Assembly: GCA_000320545.1 (NCBI GenBank)
Contig: ADNK01000053.1
Span: forward strand, 62,001-126,000
Direction: 5' to 3'
DNA: 64,000 nucleotides
From: Bigelowiella natans CCMP2755
Lineage: Eukaryota; Protista; Cercozoa
Under the pieces are notes generated by a model. That model did no database searches. It was given only the letters and a program-made list of their open reading frames with translations, and was not told the DNA's origin. Positions 27,109 to 38,700 of this stretch are shown here, one piece after another (within the stretch, counting starts at the first letter, position 1; every line of letters starts with the position of its first letter). A program made the translations under genes and the position numbers.

Positions 27109-27829
27109 TATCTCACCAGTCCATCTGAATATTCTGCTCCCCGAATGTTATGATTGCGCTCATAATGTGAGCATTGCAGTGACCATGCATGCTTGCTCTG
27201 TCTAGCTGTGTACGGCTACTTTGTGTTCAATAATGACAGTATGGAGCATTGCAACGGGTGTCAAATGCTATGTAATATTACTTGAGCGAAATTGATGATG
27301 TTACGATACATTTTTACGACTGCGAGAAATGCACACACTCTGTGACCTAGCTGGCTATGCATGAATCGTATGGCCTATTTTAGTAATGTGTAGTAGACGT
27401 GGATTTTCATTTCTTTTTGGCTATAATGTGTACAGCAGATTTCTTGTACCTGTCAGTGCATTAAATGATGCATCCTACTAGCTGACAATTTTAATCATCT
27501 ATATAAATGATGTCTTAAGCTAGCTTAGCATATGGTCGCAGCTTGACAGCGACACGCTAAAAGATGCACATAGTACTGCGGCTGCACCAGGGTCAACAGG
27601 CATGATGTAGTAATAATAGTTACGCTGCATGTATGGTCCATCGTAGCATCGAACGCCCAGCGTAAAGTTAGCTAGTATGCTGATAGATAGAGGATTCATC
27701 GCAAAGAAATGTAGGTCTACAATGTGCTTTATTTCAGTGACCCAAATTTGTTGAAGATCAGGCAGTTGTTGGTCGCACGAGATCGAACTCAATCGTGGCC
27801 GACACCGCATGAACGTCAAGCATTTACAA

Positions 27830-29277
27830 TTAGTTGCAGTCCTCAAACGAGTAGGTTCCGTCGAGGATTGTGATTGGCAGTTTATGCGTAAGCTTTGCAC
27901 CGCAACTTGTCTTTCCAAGGACCTTAGCGCATCCATCTAGTGCGAGATTTATTTCGAGATTGCTAGCATTCCCCTAGAAAAAGGAACAGCGTGAATGTTG
28001 TGTTGAGGTGCACGTTAGATCTCGCACAGCATGATCTCCAGCATAACATGTGTAGTAATCATCAATGCCCCATCTTTGGTTAGTTACATCACTTTCAATT
28101 CTAGGTCAGCGTAAATGCCGATGTTGCCGATGACGGGCACTCCAATGGTGAGCCCAGGAATCGCGAATTGCTCAACCTCGCCAGATTTCACGCCTTCCAA
28201 AAATATTTATAATTTGTCATGCATTGTTAAAAGCAAGATGATGGCAATTGATGACGATGACGGTTCTCAGAAAGCCACAAGGCAACTAAGGTGCTACACC
28301 AGAAAAGGCTTTTCCCCGATCATATCTAAAATTCCCTATCACGTATCATTACAATCGCACCGAATGTCGAGTCGATTCCGAGCACCGTCTCCTTGATCTC
28401 AGCTGTGAGCTCTGCAGGGTCACCGCATGGCATAATCTCTGCAATTACCTGTAATCGAAAGGAATTGGATTGTAAATATGAAGCTGTGTTGTAGGAAGCC
28501 AGAGCGACCTCTACAGTGTCTTTTCCGAGCAAGCTGATGGAGCAATTAACGACTCCGCCTTTAGTCGAACTTACGCAGTTACATTCGCTTGGGAGATGTT
28601 TCGTCAGGTCGGAGCAACTTCGTTCATCGCACAGCAAGCAAGAAATGTCGCCATATTAAGAATTATATCAGATATAACCATGCCAATGCAAACAGATGAC
28701 GGAAGAAAATCGAAAATGGAAGCTAGGATTAGACTTACAAATCGCTGGAATCGCCAACGTCTTGGCGTTGGTCAATGATTCGAACAGCGTCCATGTTCGT
28801 CATCAGGGGCACCGATACCACGTTTTCGAACCTGTGATTATTATACGTGAATGCTGAGTACGTGTTCTGTAACACCAGACAACACTAATATTTACGGCAA
28901 GTTGTAAACCCACACCCCCCATGCCATGCTCCCTTTATCTAACGAGAAAAACCAGCCTTACTCGCAAGAGTTGCCGGTAACATTGCAGGTGAAATGGGAA
29001 GGGCAGGAAAATCGAGCGTCCTCACACACCGCAGCCTTTGGAGCGGGCGCACAACCGTGCAAGAGACCAGCACCTGCTCATCAAGACGCCAAGTTGAACG
29101 ACTATAAATGTTCAAATGTACAGGAAACTTTGGACCTTCTGCGCTAGAGACGCATGTTTGAGAGGCTAGGCAACCATTACCGTTGCCACAGTCCTTCACA
29201 GGGTTGTTAACACTGGCGACAGCATTGATGAAGAACGCCACCAAGATACAGGGAAGTACTGCTGCTGCAGACTTCAT
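27830..29277 (-). CDS. Secreted protein: signal peptide + 8-Cys granulin-like domain + uncharacterised Cys-containing beta-rich domain (about 7 exons)
   Basis: Signal-like MKSAAAVLPCILVAFFINAVAS; then DCGNGNGCLASQTCVSSAEG|AGLLHGCAPAPKAAVCEDARFSCPSHFTCNVTGNSC; then CSDLTKHLPSECNC...GGVVNCSISLLG, IMPCGDPAEL, FAIPGLTIGVPVIG, GNASNLEINLALDGCAKVLGKTSCG...LPITILDGTYSFEDCN*. All junctions are GT-AG and phase-consistent. Confidence 0.82.
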
Positions 29278-29500
29278 TGGAATTTCATGTCGCGTGCTTG
29301 CACACTTTCTCACGGGGGTTTACCTACCTAGTTTGCGCTCTTCGGGATTGACGCACACTTGTAAATGCTCTTGATTTCGTCGTGCTTCTGTTATCCTCGG
29401 GAATGTTCTAGGAACTGATAATTCGGGATGAATACAGGGAATTCTTTTACTGCGACAACAAATAATTCCAGGATGCTGGATCTCTTCCTCAAATCCCAAC

Positions 29501-29790
29501 ATGAAGAAAGCTTTCAGGGGCGTGTCTGCGGGCGCGCACGGTCGGCAACGCGGCATGAATAGACCATACTATGACAAAGGATGCACGCTTCTTGGAGGAA
29601 ATAGACAGGTTATAAGATGTAAGACGTGCCTGAGGAAGGCCGGGAAGACGAAGCAAACTGTGGAATGGAATCTCAAGCACCACTCGGACGAGAAGAGGAA
29701 GAAAAAGGTTCCAACGCATTTTCATTCTCATCATATTACAATTTTTTCCCAACAAAATATCAAACGAATAAATGTCCGCGTTTGCATGCA

Positions 29791-29858
<68 letters not shown>

Positions 29859-30326
29859 TGTGTGTGTCGTGATAAAAAGGCAATTGATAATCCGGAGGTG
29901 AATCTAGAAGACTATGACGTCTTTCGTGATTACAAGGTGTTCAAACAGCGGGCTGTAAAATTGCAGACAGTGAAAGTAAAGCAAAGAAAGCATTTAAATA
30001 GTCAGAGCGATCGTACTTTCGTGTCTAAAAGAGGAAAGTTTATCCAAAAGCGTAACTTTTCTCATTGCGACGAAAATCAAACCCGAAGGGCAGCAGCTCA
30101 ATTACGACGCGATTCCATACGCTTTTTTAGAGGGGAGCTTAAAGAGTGTGCTGAAGCTCATGGCGTGAATGCTTCGACAAATTGGAAGAAGAGCTTCCAA
30201 AAACAGAAGCAGAAATATTTCGCAGCCATTTTACACAAGCTAAATAAAAGAGATAGACTACAGAGGCGAGCAGAGAGAAACAAGGAAAATTTTTACGAAA
30301 TGAATCATTTGTTCATCTTTGAATGA
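29501..30326 (+). CDS. Hypothetical highly basic protein, two exons
   Basis: Exon 1 MKKAFRG...CKTC...KRKKK|gt. The intron (about 29709-29879) contains (CT)n(GT)n. Exon 2 ag|AIDNPEVNLEDY...HLFIFE* is in phase. Confidence 0.65.
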
Positions 30327-31750
30327 TACTTCACCTAGATTTGATAGCTGCAACATAGAATTGGTGAGTCTTGCTGAAAACTGCTGTCTACATGTACGTG
30401 TCGCATGTGTTCAGATGTGTATAGCTAATGTCTGTTTATGACAAACAACAATGATACACATAATTATGCATCTACATATGTACATAGATGCATAACTGTT
30501 CCGATTAGTGGAAATAACAATGACAATTGATGTGCGGTTTTGCTTCGTCGCAATTGCAGGACTTCTAGACTTGGCTACTAACTGTAGATAAAATAAGAGA
30601 TTATAGCTTGCTTGCCACTATTGCATAGTATGTAGCACAGCTGGAGTGTCATCTCCATGAGCGTGTAGTACACACGTGCTGGCATAGCACTGACTATAGC
30701 TGACCACACTAGCACACTGTTCTAGTGATACCTACCCATCTACAGCATATTAGCATGGTGGCTTGTATGGATGTAGCTGATGTGCTCAAAAAGTTACTGT
30801 TCATCGTCTGATACAAATGCTAGAATGCATCGTTGTGGAATGTGCTTTTAGGAGAACGCAACGACCAATTTGTCCATCTAGCCATGTGAAGAAAATGGTC
30901 TATGTGTGCTAGACAATACAAAGTATGTGTAGTGTGACAATGCTGCATGCATATTTTGCCGTGTAGAATGTTGCGTGATATCCTTCTGTTGTCCAGTCTA
31001 GCAGTGCCCTCGCACTTTGTGAGAGAAGTGGAAACGACCATAAACTGGGCGCCGCTCGGGAGGGTTGGAGACCATGGACGTAACCCGAGATTGCAAGTTC
31101 AACACCGAAACCGCAGACTAGCAGACAACATCCAAAACCCCACCACATCAACGAGCTTCAGGGCGACCAGCACCGTTCTCGAATGAATATTGCGTCAGAG
31201 TACGATGCTCAGCGTTGTCTCTGCACATGGAACCACTGTCTTAGGGGTTGCTATTTTATATGAGCGACAATCCAAAATCCTGCGTTTTTCCCTTGAAAAT
31301 AGCCCTACATGTGCTGCTCCTCTATTTGTTTTTAAGGTGATATTATCTAGATCTGCGACATTCATCACTGAAACGCGTGCCCTGCATGTAGATCTAAAAT
31401 AGGTTTTCAATTACCCACTTTTTTCACCAATCGGATGGTTTTGTTGGGTTTTTTTCTTAATATCTCCTTGACGCAGCATTGAAATCCCAGTGAAATCCCT
31501 TTGAAATCTGTGCAAATCCTGTCTTGTACGACTGGTTTACTCGTAGACCTACTATCTCTGGGAACTGCAGTTACTCGCACGTTACATCTAATTATAGGTC
31601 TTTTATGAGAATGGTAAAACAGAGTCTATACTCAGACCAACTCAACTCAGACTCCTGCGAAGACGGATTTAAGGAGGAGGCGGAGGATACTGAATGTAGT
31701 AGCAGCACCTTACTGCTTCACCTTTCTTGAACAGCGGACAGTGACCGACG

Positions 31751-31960
31751 ATGTTATCTAAGGCTGCAAGGCACTATTTGTTAGTGTTGGCTTTGGCCAC
31801 GCTTCAACCACTCAGTTTCGCACAAGTTTTTTCAACTCCAAGCCCTACAACGACGTTAGGCCCTACATCGAGCCCTTCAGTGCTTAACACACCTCAGAGA
31901 TTCACGTCAGCAAGCTCAGAAGTGTCAACACTTGTGACAGGTGACTGATCATGATTAGGA

Positions 31961-32001
<41 letters not shown>

Positions 32002-32830
32002 ATCACTCGCATGATTGCGTTGTTGTGTAAGAAAACAACACCAGCAGACACTGCCTCTTTCATAATCAATAATGGCTTTTCCCTGTTAATTTCTCTCGCA
32101 TTTTCTTAGGACTGGGATTAGTTTCTGGAGTTGCCCTTCACCCTTGTGAGAATTTAAAAAACAAAAAATAGATATCTTAAGAGTAGTGGAGTTCAGATCT
32201 AGATAACAAAATTCCCCCTTGATCAGTGAATTCCAAGCTCTACACCATTAGCCCGGAGGGGGCTATCCGAGAAATTAACATCGTAACCCAGAATGTCGTA
32301 GTATTAAGGAATGGAACAGGTTGTCTCATATGAATGAGGTAGATCATTCCTGATTAATAATGGTTTTTTTCGTACGCTTATGGCAGCATCAAATACCCTC
32401 GTAACCGCTGGCTGTGCAGATGGCACTGTAGAAAACGTAAGAATATTGTGCTTTAGGAATCTGACGGTCGGGGGGAGGGAGAAAGAGAAGATGTGTTATA
32501 TCTATCATTTTCTCTATTTTGTAGTACTGAATGAAGAATTGTTGCAGGCAACTTTTCAGATTCCTCAGGGAATGGCAGCTGATAAGAGATATACAGGGTA
32601 GGGGTGTAGACATATCCCCCCTCCCTCCCACACAATCACACATACCGCCATCACCATATACTCAAACATACAAAAACTAATTTTAAGTTGTGAACGTTTT
32701 ATGTATGTATGTGTTTCCTTGCACATAGTATTGATATGTAACTTGGATTATCAGGGATGCTGTACTCTATATCTGTGATGCTGGAGGGAATAATTTAAGA
32801 AAGGTAACCGAGATTGGGCACATAGAATGT

Positions 32831-32899
<69 letters not shown>

Positions 32900-33149
32900 C
32901 GTAGTTTACTAAGCGTTGATTTGTTCTTGTGTGCGTTCTTGTGCGTATGAATGCTGCATCAATAAATTTTATCGTAATTATTACGCACACTTGATTTTTT
33001 TTAGAAGTATGTACGCGTGAGTTCGTATGGTTTATAATTTGACAAACACCGATACACCCATTTACCATCTACAGCTTGATTTTGGGCAAAATCAAGTGAC
33101 AACACTTGACACAGGTGATACTTTCTAAAATATAAATAGATAAATAATT

Positions 33150-33180
<31 letters not shown>

Positions 33181-33756
33181 TATATTGTGATTATTACGCA
33201 TACATATTTCACACATTGTTTTCCCAATTGTCGTCATCACCACCGTCAATGTTGTTTCCTACTACCTCAAGGCGTAAAAGCATACCGAGACGTCGACATG
33301 CAAATGGTCAACTCGCATCCGATGCTGTATGTGGCGAAGGATAATCAGGTCCCAAATTAAGATCTCTACAAACAAAAAAATGCGTTACAACATATCAACG
33401 AAGACGAAGTATGTTGGTCTTGACACAGGAGGAGAGGATGCACAAGGAGAGATAAATGCCCTACCTATCTAGCTACTAATGCTAAAAATACCTACTCTTC
33501 ACTTAGATATTTTCCCTGAATTTGACGGATCAAGTCACGCGAGTTTTGTCAGGCAACTTAGTCACCATAGGTAGTACTCATTGCTTATCCTTGGATATCA
33601 TGATACTTTCTACATGCGAAAATGCACACAACACACACAGAAAAGATATGTATTTTAAATGTTCATCACTACTTCTAGGGTCGCAAGCCGATGGACCTCT
33701 AGATATTGCACGAGTCAAAAAACCTTTTGGTACATATTATGATAGTAATAGTAATG

Positions 33757-33789
<33 letters not shown>

Positions 33790-35075
33790 ATAGTAGTATT
33801 AGAGTGTAGCTGCTGTGACTTCGGCGATACGACCGACGAGGTATTCGCAACAAAAAATGACAAGAAACGTGCAAGAGGAAGATGTAGACAATGACAGCAT
33901 ACTGTGTTTCTTCTTTTTCCCGGAAAAACATATTGAAGAATAAGATAGAGAGAGAAAAAAAGTTGTTAATGACGACACATGCTCGATCAATATTTGTACA
34001 TAAATTGTGCGGAAGATCTCAATTTGACAACAAAGACGAAAAATTTGGTCATCAAAACAGACTAATTTTGTGCGTTCATACTCTTACCCTTAGGAGTACG
34101 TTATGCACAGTCGACGCAAGGTGAAGATAGACTCTCGCGAAGGAAGAAATGAATGATTAAATGACAAAATTGTGTGTGCTTTGCTCTGAGCACTATTTGC
34201 ATGTCACATGAATATTCCTTTATCACATCTACATGCTCGTCTATACTTTCATTATAATCATCCTCATCTTCATGGTCATCGTTGTCCTCCTCCTCCTCCT
34301 CCTCATCATAATCCTCAATGCATAATACACCAAAAAAGGTCCCAGGGTGTATTTCACCGACACGGGTACTGTTCGTTACGTCAATGTGGAATCTCGAGTG
34401 ACATATACGGTGTTTGCTCTCTCCTATCACATTAGAACCCCAATTCAATGCTGTAGTCGTATCGTCGTTACCATCATTTCTCATGCCAGAATGGCATATT
34501 TCCCCCCTCTGTGTCGTCTTTCATCATCAACCTTGTCTTCTTCCATCGGTCTCCTAACTAGATGGCTGGCGGGACGTCCCAATCCAACTTTGGGTACAGA
34601 GACGGAGCCTTCACCATTGTACGTCAAAGCTGTTTCCTTTCGCGAGTTAGATAGTTAGTTGTCTTTCTTCCAAACGTGTTTGATGACATAGAATTCTCGC
34701 ATATAGTCTTGTAGACTCCAAAGAGTAAATGAAGAGCTGAGCGGAGGATTAGGAATTAGTTCTACAGGGACCAATCCTCTGTTGTACACCTTTGGCAACA
34801 AAACGAAGGTGGGTCATCATCGCCAGCAGTAGCGTCTAGTGTGTGCGTATGATTGCGTACGATTGTGTTCGTGAAGATAATGTCATGAAGATTTGCCGAT
34901 TCGTTTCTTAAACTTTTAATTGCTGCAGCGGTTACGAGTGTTGGACAACGCACCGGGACAGGTGCGCACACATATATTAAGATAGAATATTGTATATATT
35001 GTGATTTTTACATGATATTACACGTAGTGCTTCACCGTCGCTGGAAAAGGGACCTCTAATTACATTGACGGAAGT

Positions 35076-35112
<37 letters not shown>

Positions 35113-35327
35113 AATACATATGCATGTATACTTGAATCTCTCTCTCTCTCTCTGTGTGTGTGTGTGATTGATACCGTAAGGTTATAATGTTAGAGCGTTG
35201 ATAGATTCGTCGTAACTTGAGCGTTGATAGATTCATTCATCGTAATCTGACAGGCACAAGAGCTAGCTTTGGAAGTCCTGCTGGTAGACACATATATTCA
35301 CAATAACTAATATTCGTATACAAATAT

Positions 35328-35368
<41 letters not shown>

Positions 35369-35383
35369 CATATTATGTGTGTG

Positions 35384-35425
<42 letters not shown>

Positions 35426-35659
35426 TAGCTTAGTCAGTCATCATCCGAGCTTGTGCATAATGTTATGTCTTGGGGTCCACCTTGGTCGTCGGTCTTTGAT
35501 GCATACAGGAATCGAGGTTTTTACGGCAGGATCCACTGATATCATCTTTCTCGCCGAAAAGGTTACTACGTGCCGTAGAAAATATAGATCATCGTCGCAC
35601 AACAACGAAAACCATGAATGTTGCAGGCGTTTCCACCGCCATGTCTTTTGTAGAGCATG

Positions 35660-35717
<58 letters not shown>

Positions 35718-38700
35718 ATAGATATATAACATTATGTTCATATCTCCTGTGTTTGTGTAGACAACGGGGTCAATTAGAGTGATATCGGCCAGTCTGCCTT
35801 CAGCAGCTCCGTCCAACACTCCTACCTATGTACCATCAACTTCGCCATTGCCAGCGACAAATTCCCCATCCTCTGGGTCTCCTTCAACTCATCCATCAAC
35901 TTCGCCATTGCCAGCGACAAATTCCCCATCCTCTGGGTCTCCTTCAACTCATCCTTCAACTTCGCCATTGCCAGCGACAAATTCCCCATCCTCTGGGTCT
36001 CCTTCAACTCATCCTTCAACTTCGCCATTGCCAGCGACAAATTCCCCATCCTCTGGGTCTCCTTCAACTCATCCTTCAACTTCGCCATTGCCAGCGACAA
36101 ATTCCCCATCCTCTGGATCTCCTTCAACTCATCCATCAACTTCGCCATTGCCTGCGACCAGTGCCCCACAAACATATTCCCCAACCTCAGCGACTCCGTT
36201 GATGACTTACTCGATTTCAACATATCAGCCAACTACGTGCACACCCACCACAATATCACCTTCCCTGTCTCCATCTTCCTTTCGACCCACAAACTCGCCC
36301 AGTACACATCCGCACACTTTGTCACCCTCCTTCTCTCCATCATCCTCACAACCCACAAAATCTCCACGCACGAAGTCGCCTTCCTCCTCGTCTCCATCAA
36401 CTCCAGGACCGACCCACTCTCCTAGTAAACATCCGCACACTAAGTCGCCCACCCCCCTCTCCTCCACTTCTCCTTCCACTGTCGCCGCGTTGAAAACATT
36501 CAATCCCAGTGCTTCTCCCACCGCCCGGCGACCCGAGGCAACAGGGGCAAGGCTCTCAGGCTCACTCACAAAGATCATTGTCACTTTCAGCATAGGTACC
36601 AACCAGCCTTCACGGGCCGACCTTGGCTGCAGCTACTTGCTCACCTCGAGCTCCGTCGCGCAATTCGGTGTAGATCCAGTTTGCTACTGGTCACAGCCGA
36701 GTCACCTGGTTATAAAACTCGGTAAAGACTTCACTGTGGAAGTGGATGCAGCTATCGGGCTGAAACCAGGCGTTATTCGAAACCCCTCGGCCACCTCGGC
36801 AGCTGCAGAACAAGCGCAACTTGTCGTGCGGCCTCCTCCAAATCCTACTGTTCCCGTTGCGGTAGTGTCTGGGAAGAGTGAGTACGGAAACTGCGACAAT
36901 GCTGTCGACATCAGCGCCAGCGAATCGCAAGGGAGGGGAGGCAAACCTTTTCGCTACCAATGGACCTACATGGATCAAACTGGGGGGGTGGGGAATATCC
37001 ACATCCAGACGATTTTGAACCAGACGAGATCCAGGCTTGTCATCGATACGCAAAGCTTCACCGTCGGGTCTCATATGGTTTCCCTGAGAGTGACAAATTG
37101 GATCGGGATGACATCGGCAGCCGCTAATTTTAGCTTTAGGATTATATCTGACCGCATACCAGTCATCATCATCCCGGGCTCAATCGACATCTCTCACAGC
37201 CGCACTGAGCGCCTGATCATTCGAACCCAGATCATATCCGCTTTGAGCTGTGGGAATGATGGAGCTGCCTCTACTACTACTACTACTACTTCTGGCAGTG
37301 GTGGTAGTACTACGAATGCACTTCTTAACACAAACGGGACAAACACAGGGGTCTGGAGTCAGCTGCTACCGACGTCATCGTTTCCTCCGGAGCTCGCCTC
37401 TCGAGCGAGTACGATTACTAGTGATGTCATTACCATCCCCCGACCGATTTCGACAAAGCTGGAGATCCCACCAGACAAGTTAACGATGGGCAAAACATAT
37501 GCATTCCAGCTGACTGCCACCACACGAGAGAATTCTGTGATTGTCGGATCAGAGGCTCGACAGGTCTTCTTTGTAGAAGTTCAGGTCGAAGATGTCGTTG
37601 CCGTACTGCCCGGTGGTAACACTCGCCAGCTGCCGGTGTTGGCCACAACGCACATAGCAAGATTTGATGCTAAGGCATCGTATGACCCTGCAGGCACTTC
37701 AGTGCCTTTGGTGTATTCGTGGAGTCTGAGGGAGACGGCAACTAACAGCACGATCACAACTCCGCCGCCCTCATCCAGCAAGCCTTGGCTTCTTGAGATT
37801 GACACACAAATACTTGTTGCGAATGGTACATATGTGCTGGAGTTAACGGTAGAAGGAAGAACCATTGGCGGTATGCGTCGTTTTGGATCGCGCAAGCAGA
37901 CGATAACAACAACCGCTGTCAACATCCCGGATATCCAGGTCTCAATGCGGGTCTTTCCAGCCCCAGGAACGCGGAGGGAGCAGGCTCGATTAGCAGAGAT
38001 CGAGCTGCGCGCAAATCCGGACGACAAGATTTCTTTGGTGAGCAACACGCCACGAGATGAAAGAAGATCTTACAGCTTTGCGTGGAGGTGCTTGACCAAC
38101 AACTTCGACTTCAACGACAGGAGTAAGCTCAGGGCTGGCTCGCAAGGGAGCAGCCTCGTAATCTCTCCCAACAGTCTGCAAGGTGGTGTTGGCTATACTT
38201 TTGAGGCGACTATCACAGAATTAAGTACCGGCTACAGTTCTACCAACGAGATTTCGTTCACAGTCAATGCACCCCCTAGCCTAGGTTCGTGCTACTCCTC
38301 CCCATCCTTTGGCTTGGCACTGAGCACGACGTTTGTGCTGTCATGTAGTGGGTGGGAAGATACTGACACGCCGCTGCTCTATTCGTTCTATAGCTTCAAC
38401 GGACGTCAGTTCACGGCGCTCACTCGCCGTCGAATGGAGCCTTCCTTCTCCACCCTGCTGCCGCCCCCGCCCGAGTTGATCGCAGGCACAAGCAGCAACA
38501 ACGCGTCTGCGCTGGTGCGGGTGTCTATCATTGATGCGCTAGGGGCAAAACAGCAATCCCGGATAACTGTGTGGATGGGTCTGCCCGACAGTGATGATGT
38601 CAGCGTCGACTCCATTTCCGAATCGATCACTGCACGCCTAGCGGAGGGGGATGCAGACTCCGCAGGTATCTTGATATTAAGCACAGCTTCCTACCTGCGG

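Noticed and set aside
30950-31260. Possible retrotransposon remnant (minus-strand GLQPSRAAPSLW resembling copia RT GFxPSxADPxLW; plus-strand GTTVLGVAI)
   Set aside because: Only isolated short motifs, on opposite strands. There is no YVDD/YxDD, LTR or continuous frame.
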